Positions 53,676-62,630 of a stretch of 64,000 nucleotides of DNA are shown here, one piece after another (position 1 is the stretch's first letter; the number at the start of each line of letters is the position of its first letter). Made by a program: the position numbers and the translations under genes. The stretch is from assembly GCA_963840455.1 (NCBI GenBank), contig CAWIYV010000008.1, positions 1 through 64,000 of the forward strand. The letters run 5' to 3'. Origin of the DNA: Nitrospirota bacterium. Its GTDB lineage: Bacteria > Nitrospirota > UBA9217. Under the pieces are notes generated by a model. That model did no database searches. It saw only the letters and a program-made list of their open reading frames with translations, and had not been told where the DNA came from.

Positions 53676-53845
53676 GCACGTCCCCAGAACGGCCCTACGA
53701 AATTCCTGGGCACCCGACTTGGCCTAAGGAAGCGTCCCAGCGGGGCGAACGCGCATGTCTGAGGCCGCAGGCCGAGTTTGCGCGGACGAGCGGACGTGGC
53801 CTTAGACGGGTCGGGAATTTCGTTCAGGCCGCGAAGGGGATGTGC
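53676..53845. repeat. 170-bp foldback element (family D)
   Basis: GCACGTCCCC/GGGGATGTGC and ACGAAATTCCTG/CGGGAATTTCGT arms; core fragment reverse-complemented at about 49733-49752. Confidence 0.65.
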
Positions 53846-54125
53846 AAAAAAAGCCGTCATGGTTCCGCTTCTTATCGTTAATATGTATTTAGGGCAGCGT
53901 AGTGCTCGTCAGGCTGCATGCCCCACCTTATCGCGAACAATAACCAAACTCAAAGCAGCTTGTCCGAAGGGGAAGCGCTGCCGGGATATGCTGGACCGTG
54001 ACAATAATGCGCAGGTTCATCCGGACATGCTTAGCACGGCGGATTGCTGCGTTGCCTAAAAATGAGACCTGCTTTCTCTGCAGCTTGGTTTGAAGCTTCC
54101 TGAAGCAAACCGCATGGATCTTCGA

Positions 54126-56528
54126 TCAGATTTTCCCCGGACCTTTTTCAGCATCCCCTCCCCGCCGGATCACCCCAAAGGCCGCCATATACGCCGCTGC
54201 GCCGCAGAGCAGCACGAACTGATATCCCGTTGACAAGGCAAGCATGACGGCTAGGATCGGGGCGATCACCGAGAAACAGCCGTTCACTGCCCACGCCCAG
54301 GGAACGAGACGGGGAGCAGTCGAGCCGATGATCGAGATGCCGAGGGGGAAGGGGATGCCCATCAGTACGCCTGCAGGCATGACGATACAAAAAGAAAGAA
54401 AGATCCGTATCATCAGCGATTGGCCGCTCATTGCCCCGATGGTCCGGGGCAACAGGAGGCTGTAGAGAAGCACGGTCCCCACAAGGACAAGAAGGATGCG
54501 GGGGCTCCTCATCGACCGTATGCGGCCGCCCAACGCGCTCCCGATGCCCGAGCCGATCAGGACCGATGCGATGACCGTGCTTGCCGCCGAGGACGGGTTC
54601 TCAAGACCGAGGATCATTTTCTGGATGAATGCGATCTCGACGAACAGATACGCCACGCCGAGAAGGGCGAAATACGAGAGTGCCCGAACATGGCTATACG
54701 TGAAAGCCGCGGCTCCTGTGCGCCTCTGTGTGACGAGCGGAAGGAGGACCAGGAGCGCGCTCACGACGAGCACTTGCACGAAGACGACCGGCAGGAGGTA
54801 CCCCTCTTCGATAAAATAGTGCCATTTCTCTCCCATGACCCGGTAGATCGCCTTGATGTTTCCGATCTTCAGATAGTAATGAAAGAAGGGCCGTTCATCC
54901 GTAGCCGGCCGGACGTCGAAGAGGTAGTCGGCCATGAACCGCTCCCGGCTATCGCTCTTCAGCAGCCGCTGGAAGGCTTCGGCATATTCGTTCCCCGGCT
55001 GCTTGATGTAGACATTGCTTTCTCCCGGCGCGATGCCGGGGTAGTACACGATGTCGAACCGCATCTCGCGTGAAAATGTCCTGATCCGCTGGATGTCCTC
55101 CCCGGTCAGCGGCGATCGTTTCACGAGCACGGTCAGGGTGTCCCAGCTCCGCACGGCAGCCACGTGCCGGGAGATGTCTGTGATGCCGAATGCCTCCGCG
55201 CTTTCGGCCAGGGTCGCCATCAGGCGAAGCTCCGTTCTCGGCGGCGGAACGATATACAGGTTCAGGGAAAGGAATCCCCCGGATCTCAGGTGGGCCAGGT
55301 ACTGCTCGAAGGCCTCGATGGTGAACCGGTAGTCTTCTGCAAACCCGAAGGCTGCAGACGGCCACGAACCCATCAGCGAGAGATCGATCAGGTCGAACGT
55401 TTGTGCCGATGCAGCAAGCCACGTCCGCGCCAGCCCGGCCCACGCCTGGCGCTCAGGAACGGGCAGTGCATGCGTCCGGCCATATTCCCGCATCACGCGA
55501 AGGGCGAGCGGATTCGAGTCGATGGCGGACAGGGTCCCGGCCCCGAACGCCCGCGCAGTAAGGAGCGCGAGACCGGCCCGCGGTTCGATGATCAGCACAT
55601 CGCTGGTCCTTCCCATCCGGTAGGCCAGGCTGGAGGGGAGGGAGCGGACAAAGGAGAGCTTGCTGCTGTCCGATGCATCGGTCATGGCATAGATGTCGCC
55701 TGCGTCAACGGCCATTCCTGTTTGTTCGGGAAGCGGTTTCCGGTACGTAAAGCTCAAGCCGGGTGCGAACCGTACTGCAGGGCTCGTGAACAGGTCGACA
55801 CGCGAGTACGGGCTGTACGCGGTGCCGAGGTGCCTGGCGCCGGGCATCTGCATGGCAAGCGAAAAGGGCTTGTAAGGCGATATCCTGGGCTGGAAGAAGG
55901 CCGGATGCAAAGAGAGGACGACGATGTTCACCACGATCAGCAGCGCGGAGGCCAGCCGGATCGTCCGTCCGGCAGGCGGGAAAAGAAGCGCCGCGGCAAG
56001 GAGCGTGGAGATGATGAGCACGCTCGTCTCGGGTCCGCCTAAGGAGAGCAGCCAGACCATGGCAAGCGCACCGGCGCCGGCCCCCGTGAGGTCAGACGCA
56101 TAGATCGCGTTCGCATCATGCAAAAGGGTGGAATAGGCAATGGAGACGATCATTCCGAAGCAGAGGAAGGGAACGCAGAGAATGACGTAATAAAGTCCGA
56201 TGGCGAGAAGCTGGAGCCTGTCCCAGGAGAGCTGTACCGGGTCGAAGGAGACGCTGTTCGCAAGGAGATAGGACGCAGGGATCCCGATGGCGAGAAGGAG
56301 CGCGTAGCCCGGCAGCCGGCGGATGTCCTTCAGACCGGGAAGAACGGAAAGCACGGTACCGCTGGCGCCGATGCCCAGCATGGCTATGCTGATGACCATG
56401 AACGCGAAATGATACCAGAGGGAGATGGAAAAGATGCGCATAAGCGCCAGTTCGTAGGAAATGCCGGCGAACGAGGCGGCGAAGATGAGCCTCAGGAAGG
56501 CGCGGTTGGTATCGCCGGATCTCTCCAT
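54126..56528 (-). CDS. Multi-TM spermidine-synthase-like (SAM-fold) membrane protein
   Basis: YELALMRIFSISLWYHFAFMVISIAMLG, YASDLTGAGAG, EDYRFTIEAF, ATDERPFF, WAWAVNG. Confidence 0.75.
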   Translation of the reverse strand: MERSGDTNRAFLRLIFAASFAGISYELALMRIFSISLWYHFAFMVISIAMLGIGASGTVLSVLPGLKDIRRLPGYALLLAIGIPASYLLANSVSFDPVQLSWDRLQLLAIGLYYVILCVPFLCFGMIVSIAYSTLLHDANAIYASDLTGAGAGALAMVWLLSLGGPETSVLIISTLLAAALLFPPAGRTIRLASALLIVVNIVVLSLHPAFFQPRISPYKPFSLAMQMPGARHLGTAYSPYSRVDLFTSPAVRFAPGLSFTYRKPLPEQTGMAVDAGDIYAMTDASDSSKLSFVRSLPSSLAYRMGRTSDVLIIEPRAGLALLTARAFGAGTLSAIDSNPLALRVMREYGRTHALPVPERQAWAGLARTWLAASAQTFDLIDLSLMGSWPSAAFGFAEDYRFTIEAFEQYLAHLRSGGFLSLNLYIVPPPRTELRLMATLAESAEAFGITDISRHVAAVRSWDTLTVLVKRSPLTGEDIQRIRTFSREMRFDIVYYPGIAPGESNVYIKQPGNEYAEAFQRLLKSDSRERFMADYLFDVRPATDERPFFHYYLKIGNIKAIYRVMGEKWHYFIEEGYLLPVVFVQVLVVSALLVLLPLVTQRRTGAAAFTYSHVRALSYFALLGVAYLFVEIAFIQKMILGLENPSSAASTVIASVLIGSGIGSALGGRIRSMRSPRILLVLVGTVLLYSLLLPRTIGAMSGQSLMIRIFLSFCIVMPAGVLMGIPFPLGISIIGSTAPRLVPWAWAVNGCFSVIAPILAVMLALSTGYQFVLLCGAAAYMAAFGVIRRGGDAEKGPGKI

Positions 56529-56902
56529 GTGATGATTCTAACATACAACCGTCTTTCATGAGAGCGGCATGAAGGCCTGCAGAGGCATACGATGGCCGTT
56601 GCCGGAACCCCATGCCCCTTGTGTACCGCTCGCCCGCAGTCCCGTAATAAAAAGGTTGTTCCGATGGCCGACCCCCGGTTGTTCCTGACTGAACCGGAGG
56701 GGTTGCGCTCCAGTTCACGAGCATGGCCTATCTCGCCGTGTATTCCCTTGAAGCATGGGGGGCTTTTTGCGCTGCTATCCGGGCTTTTTGCATTGTCATA
56801 CGACCAGGTTTCTGCTATCATTCATTTTTAAACGGACGTAATAGCACCTGCCGCTCATAAACCGAAAAACGTTTCCCTTCGACGCAAAGGAGAACATACT
56901 GC

Positions 56903-57505
56903 ATGGGAAGGACCCCCTCCCTTTCCTTTCAGGTCCTGCCGGCTGCTGCAATGCTGATGCTGCTTTCGGCCTGCGCGTCCACGGACCTCACCTCGGTCTG
57001 GAAGGACGTTCAGTATAAGGGCCATGCCCGGAAGATCATGGTCATCGGCATCCTGCAGTCGCCGGTGATCCAGCGGCAGTTCGAGGATGAGATGGCCCGG
57101 CGTCTCAAGGAACACGGTGCTGACGCGATCGCCGGGTACACCGTGCTCCCGGACCGCCCGGAAGATGACCGGGCAGCCGCGGAGCAGAAAATCCGGGAGC
57201 TCGGCGCCGATGCCGTGATGATCGTGCAGGTGGTGGACAAGAAGACCGTAACGAACTATGTCCCTCCGCCCGGATATTATGGTTCGACCTGGCGGGGGTA
57301 TTATGCGTATTCTTCCGGGACCGTGGTTCAGGACGACTACGCGGTGGTCCAGACGAACCTCTATGACCTGGCCTCCGGAAAGCTCATCTGGAAGGCATCT
57401 TCGGAGACCCTGTTGGGCGACAATGCCGGGTCCCGGGTCGCGGCGTTCGTCAAGGTCATCGTGAAGAGCCTCGCTGACAATAACGTGATCGCGCCGCCGC
57501 AATGA
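56903..57505 (+). CDS. Lipoprotein (DUF4136-like fold suspected)
   Basis: LSAC lipobox, SVWKD, QTNLYD..SGKLIW. Confidence 0.75.
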   Translation: MGRTPSLSFQVLPAAAMLMLLSACASTDLTSVWKDVQYKGHARKIMVIGILQSPVIQRQFEDEMARRLKEHGADAIAGYTVLPDRPEDDRAAAEQKIRELGADAVMIVQVVDKKTVTNYVPPPGYYGSTWRGYYAYSSGTVVQDDYAVVQTNLYDLASGKLIWKASSETLLGDNAGSRVAAFVKVIVKSLADNNVIAPPQ

Positions 57506-57511
57506 AACGTG

Positions 57512-57738
57512 AATCCAGGAGCGAGCGCATTCCCTGCAGCTTGCTGCGGGGTTAACGAGCGATTAGAATAACCATAGTTCCTTAAGGATCGAAGCTCCAT
57601 GCATTTCTCTGTAGGGAGCTTAAATCCAGGAGCGAGCGCATTCCCTGCAGCTTGCTGCGGGGTTAGCGAGCGATTAGAATAAATTGCGCTACCTTGAGGA
57701 TCGAAGATTCCCTGCAGCTTGCTGCAGGGAGCTTCAAA
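57512..57738. repeat. Two tandem ~111-bp family A elements
   Basis: AATCCAGGAGCGAGCGCATTCCCTGCAGCTTGCTGCGGGG at 57512 and 57623. Confidence 0.85.
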
Positions 57739-57780
57739 TGCCGTCACCGGAGAACGGTGCGGCCGGGAAGGACGAAAAGA

Positions 57781-58416
57781 ATGACGACGAAGAGGATCGT
57801 GGCAGTGGCGTTTTCGGCAATCAGTGCGGCCGTCATCATGACGGCCTGCGCGGGGACCAAGCTGGTCGCCCAATGGAGGGACGATGCCTACTCGGGTCGT
57901 GCGGTAAAGGTCTTCGTGATCGCCTTGCTGCTGGACACCCGGGTCCGGGGGCCGCAGACCCTGGTGGAGGACGAGTTCGTCAAGCAGTTCAAGGCCCGGG
58001 GGACCGAGGCCGTCGCGAGCTATACGGTGTTCCCGGAAGGCCCCCGGCCGACGAAAGAGGAGGTCCTGGCCAAGGTCAAGGAAGTGGGCACCGACAGCAT
58101 TCTCGTTGTGAGGTTCCTCAAGAAGAGTATGGAAGAAACGCACACGCCGAACCTGCGGTATGCTGTGCCCAGCGGATTCGACTCGAGTTGGAACTCCTAT
58201 GGATACATGTCCACATCGTCCGATGTGGGCATTCGCGATGTTTCTTATGACTATGACTTCTTGACCGCGGAGGTCACCCTGTATCAGGCCACGACGGGCA
58301 ACCCGATCTGGTCCGCCATGTCCCAAACGAAGTACCAGCAGGGGCCGCTCAAGGAGATCAAACCATTCACCACCTCGATCATGAAAGGACTCTCCCATGC
58401 AAAGGTCATTCAATAG
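57781..58416 (+). CDS. Lipoprotein, paralog of 56903..57505
   Basis: MTAC lipobox, QWRD, VTLYQATTGNPIW. Confidence 0.75.
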   Translation: MTTKRIVAVAFSAISAAVIMTACAGTKLVAQWRDDAYSGRAVKVFVIALLLDTRVRGPQTLVEDEFVKQFKARGTEAVASYTVFPEGPRPTKEEVLAKVKEVGTDSILVVRFLKKSMEETHTPNLRYAVPSGFDSSWNSYGYMSTSSDVGIRDVSYDYDFLTAEVTLYQATTGNPIWSAMSQTKYQQGPLKEIKPFTTSIMKGLSHAKVIQ

Positions 58417-59051
58417 ACGGGTGCTGAAATCGCTGGCCGTGCTGCTTCCTGCGGTCTGCCTCGCGCTTTCCGGATGCGCAGCCACAAAGGTCACGCAGGT
58501 GTGGCGGGACGAATCCTATCGGCCAGTGAAGCTGAAGAGCGTCCTGGTCATCGCCCTCGCAGATGATCCCGACCGTCCAGCGGGAGATCGAAAGCCGGTT
58601 TGCGAAACAGTTCCAGGACCGCGGCATTACGGTGACCGAGGGCTTCCGGATCCTTTCGGCTGACCAGCGCAATGCACCTGACGCCCGGGACGTGGTCGCT
58701 GCGAAGGTCCGGGAACTGGGAGTCGACTCTGTCCTGATCATTGAGCGCGATTCCGGCAGGACGGAAACGGCATACATCCCCGGCATGACCATAGTCCATG
58801 GAACGGGATATGGTATGGGTGGGGGAGGAACAGCGGTCATTGCATCCTCTCAACCCATGGCCCCCACGACGCAGGGATACGAACATACGAACAAGTTCTT
58901 CGGCATGCAGACCCAGTTGTACGATGCAGGGACCGGGAAGATCATCTGGTTCGTACGGACCGAGACGCGGATGAGCGGGCCGCTGCAGGAGGAGATCAAG
59001 CCGTATGTTGCCGATGTCTCGGCAAGGTTGTTCGGGGAGCGGTTCTTTTGA
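58397..59051 (+). CDS. Lipoprotein paralog, +1 frameshift near 58570
   Basis: LSGC lipobox and QVWRD in the first frame; QTQLYDAGTGKIIW in the second. Confidence 0.7.
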
Positions 59052-59272
59052 ACCCGTTGATTCTCCCTGCAGCAAGACTTCGGCGAGCTCAGTCGAGTCG
59101 CTGCAGGGGATCTTCGTGCAGAATGTTTGTTCTCATCGATCGCTCCCGGATCTAAATGACTGGGGAAAAAGGTAGGGAAGAGGCTGGAGAAGGTCAGGAA
59201 CTTCTCCGTGTCTTCCGCTACTCTGCGGCGAAAAGGTCTTTACAGCACGGACAACGACTCAAGGAGGAAGGC

Positions 59273-59683
59273 ATGAAACAATATCTTTTAGCGATGTTCA
59301 AGGCAGGCGTATTGGCAGGCGTGTTCCTCATGGCGCTTTCAGAAGGAATGCCTGTGTACGCGCTGGAGATAGGCCCCTGCACCGATGACTTCAAGCAATA
59401 CTGCGGTGATGTCACGCCCGGCGGCGGCCGACTGGTCCGCTGCTATGAAGAGCGCAAGGGCAAGATGTCGGCCGACTGTGTCGGCTGGGTTGAAACGGCA
59501 AAAGCGAACGCCAAGGCGTTGCAGGCGGCGTGCGCCAAGGAGCTCGATGCGCGCTGCAATTCCGAAAAGGGCGATCTCTTCGAAACACTTGACTGCCTCC
59601 AGAGCAACTATATCGACCTTTCCATGGGCTGCAGGGAAAAGTTGAACGCGTTCAAAGGCAGATATCCTAAGCCGCTTCAATAG
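59273..59683 (+). CDS. Secreted cysteine-rich repeat protein
   Basis: AAGGAGG RBS, signal peptide, two C-x7-C-x12/13-C-x10-C repeats (CTDDFKQYC..VTPGGGRLVRC). Confidence 0.75.
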   Translation: MKQYLLAMFKAGVLAGVFLMALSEGMPVYALEIGPCTDDFKQYCGDVTPGGGRLVRCYEERKGKMSADCVGWVETAKANAKALQAACAKELDARCNSEKGDLFETLDCLQSNYIDLSMGCREKLNAFKGRYPKPLQ

Positions 59684-59930
59684 TGCGGTTGATTGCGCGG
59701 GACAGGCCAATGCGGCAGCGGATCTGACGGATATCCAGTGCGTTGCGATTCCTCAAGATGCAGCCTAGGTTGCGCGGTGCAGCACAGATCATCGACAATA
59801 TGTACGAGCAGCTCGCTTAGTTGGGAGAGCGAGCAATCCATCCCCCGATGCCAGCGTCGTTCGTCAATATGCTGTAACCGTCGCGGGATCATAGGACCTC
59901 GCAAAAGGACAACAAGCCGCTGAGGGAAGA

Positions 59931-60863
59931 ATGATTGCGATGTTAAGCATGAAGCACAGAGCTGCTCTTCTCCTGTCGTGCCTTATGCTGGCGACGTTGT
60001 TTGGAAGCGGCAATTCTGTTCAGGCGCAGCAGCTCGAGCCCCGGGCCTACTCGCCGGCGCCTATAGGCCTGAACTTCATCGGCTTGGGCGCCCTGTATAC
60101 GAGCGGCGGTGTGGTCACCGACATGGCTTCGCCGATCCAGAACGTTCAAGCAAGGGTCTACGCCGTGGCGCCCTACTACGGGCGTACGTTCGGCCTCTTC
60201 GGCCGTCTGGCGAACGTGACCGTGACGACGCCTTTCGCTACGGCCAATGTCCATGGCGACGTGTACGATGTGGGCCGAAGCATTGATCGTTCCGGGCTGC
60301 TCGATCCTCAGCTGCGGTTCGCCGTGAACCTCCTCGGTGGGCCGGCACTGACGCCGCAGGAGTTTCACCAGCACAAGCCGGAGACCACGCTCGGCGCGAG
60401 CATCACTGTCAATGCCCCCTTCGGCCAGTACGATTCCGCGAAGTTGATCAACCTCGGCACGAACCGGTGGGCATGCAAGCCCGAGCTGGGGCTCTCCCAT
60501 CCCGTGGGTGACTGGACCTTCGAGCTCTACGCAGGCGTCTGGCTTTTCGAGGCCAACGATAACTTCTTTGGCGGCCAGGTCCGAAGGCAGGACCCGTTGC
60601 AGTCCTATCAGGCGCATATCGTATACGAGGTGCGTCCGCGTCTGTGGGCCGCCGCCGACTTCACTTACTACGCAGGCGGGGAGACCACGCTCAACGACAA
60701 GCCGCAGAACGACCGGCAGGGCAATACCCGCGCGGGTCTGACGGTCTCGGCCCCAATCAAACAGGACCAGTCCTTCAAGCTGACCTGGGCGCGGGGCGTG
60801 TCGACACGGATCGGCTCGAACTTCGACACGTTCGGTGCCGCCTGGCAGCTGCTCTGGTTCTGA
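59931..60863 (+). CDS. Outer-membrane beta-barrel (MetA-pathway of phenol degradation-like)
   Basis: Signal peptide, QQLEPRAYS, P.GQYD..KLINLGTNRW, terminal WQLLWF. Confidence 0.8.
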   Translation: MIAMLSMKHRAALLLSCLMLATLFGSGNSVQAQQLEPRAYSPAPIGLNFIGLGALYTSGGVVTDMASPIQNVQARVYAVAPYYGRTFGLFGRLANVTVTTPFATANVHGDVYDVGRSIDRSGLLDPQLRFAVNLLGGPALTPQEFHQHKPETTLGASITVNAPFGQYDSAKLINLGTNRWACKPELGLSHPVGDWTFELYAGVWLFEANDNFFGGQVRRQDPLQSYQAHIVYEVRPRLWAAADFTYYAGGETTLNDKPQNDRQGNTRAGLTVSAPIKQDQSFKLTWARGVSTRIGSNFDTFGAAWQLLWF

Positions 60864-61025
60864 AGACGGGTGCTGTCCCGGCATCGGTAACAGGAGAATC
60901 GTGATATTGCGGGATATGCGTGCCGTGAGGATAATGAAAAATCCCACAAATACGGGAACCGATGAGCATCAGCACCGGTAGCGCATCAGCGTGCCGGAAT
61001 ACAGCACCACCGAAAGGGGAATGAT

Positions 61026-61599
61026 ATGAAAGCAGCATGGTCAGCAGTTGCAGCAGTGCTCATGGTTATTGCAGTGGCAATGCCAGGGATGGCGGAGCAG
61101 AAGAAGGCGGATCGGCCCGGAGGTGCCATGGTCGAAGCAACGAGCATAACGGCCACGATCGAGAAGATCGACCCCAAGACCCGGGAGATTACGCTGAAGG
61201 GGCCCAAGGGCGGACTGGCGACGTTCATCGCCGGCGACGAGGTGAAGCGGTTCAACGAACTGAAGAAGGGCGACCAGGTGACCTTCGATTATACCGAGGG
61301 CGTCGCGATCGACGTGCAGAAGTCCACCGAGGCGCCGAAGATGGTGGAGACGCAATCCGTCAAGCGGGGTTCCGGCAAGAAACCGTCGAGGCAGCATCGA
61401 GACCGTTGGATTCCTGACCGCCCGGGTCGACGAGATCGACTACAAGACCCGGGTCGTGAAGCTCGCGCTGCCGGAAGGCCAGTCCCTCAAGTTCACGGTC
61501 GGCGACCAGGCAAAGCGGTTAAACGAGGTGAAGAAGGGCGACGAGGTCGTCGTTCAGTACATGCAGAAGCTGACCATCAAGGTCGCTTCGCCGAAGTAA
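61026..61599 (+). CDS. Secreted protein with two small beta-repeat domains, +1 frameshift near 61389
   Basis: Repeat 1 TATIEKIDPKTREITLKGP..KRFNELKKGDQV; repeat 2 TARVDEIDYKTRVVKLALP..KRLNEVKKGDEV; hairpin terminator at 61619-61650. Confidence 0.7.
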
Positions 61600-61788
61600 C
61601 GCAACGGTCTGGAAGGCCGGGGGCACGGCATCAGCCGTGCCCCCGTTTTATTTACGGTTATCAGACCGTCCGCCGGAGAAGGCGCGGCGATACAATTCCC
61701 CTCTTGAATGCCCGATGCATTCGTACTACAATAACGATCAGGTCACAGGCATACGCAGAGCGATCACTGACCTCAAGGAGGAGAGAAT

Positions 61789-62609
61789 ATGAAACATTCC
61801 GGACGATGGGTATGTGTTTGTATGGTGGCCATGGTTGTGCTGTTGAGTGTCCCCGCATGGGCGGAAGAAGAGCAGCTGCCTGACCGGTTCATGCTCCGGC
61901 TCGGAGGGTATGCTGTCAAGGGTGCCGACACCATCGCACGTCTAGACGCAAATAACGGTCCCGTCGGCACCTACGTTGATTTCGCATGAGACCCTGGGCG
62001 GAGATATCCGACGCAACGGTCTTCAGACTGGATGGGCTGTACCGTTTCAACGACACGTCACGCTCTTGGCTTTTCCTGGTACGCTCTCAGATTCACGGGT
62101 TCAAGGGACTTGAGCTAGGACATTCCTGGGGAGACGTGTGACCATTTCAGCAGGCACCCATGTCAATAGCGAGCTCAAGTTCGACGTGTATAAGCTGAAC
62201 TACCAGTACTCTCTGCTCCATAATAAAGAGGCCGAGCTCGGAGTGTTGGTCGGCTTTCACGTCATGCGCACTTTCGCTAGCATTGATGCGTCCGGAATCG
62301 GCGAGTCCAAAGCTGAAGCGATAACAGCGCCCCTGCCCGTATTCGGCCTCTATGCGGATTACAATTTCACGCCACGTTTTTCCGCCTTTTACAACTACCA
62401 GTTCTTCTTCGTCAATTACCAGGACAAGGTCAAGGGTGGGCTGCAGGATTTCCTGATCGGACTGGAATACCGGCTCTTCCGAAATTTTGCCCTGGGCGTA
62501 GCGTATAACCGTTTCGCTCTGGAGCTGCAGAGGGAAAGGGAACAACGCGACGCTGAATGTCAAAACTAGTTGGAACGGCGGGATGTTGTATGGAGCATTG
62601 TATTTCTAG
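61789..62609 (+). CDS. Outer-membrane beta-barrel protein interrupted by several small insertions (errors or pseudogene)
   Basis: AAGGAGG RBS, signal peptide, FRLDGLYRFN, APLPVFG, terminal YGALYF reconstructed across frames. Confidence 0.6.
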
Positions 62610-62630
62610 ATCATGCAGGAGAGGGGCCGT

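Noticed and set aside
61987-61989. TGA as selenocysteine in the beta-barrel gene
   Set aside because: The TGA arises from a +1 insertion (TTC-g-CAT-GAG); no redox motif, and downstream homology is in another frame
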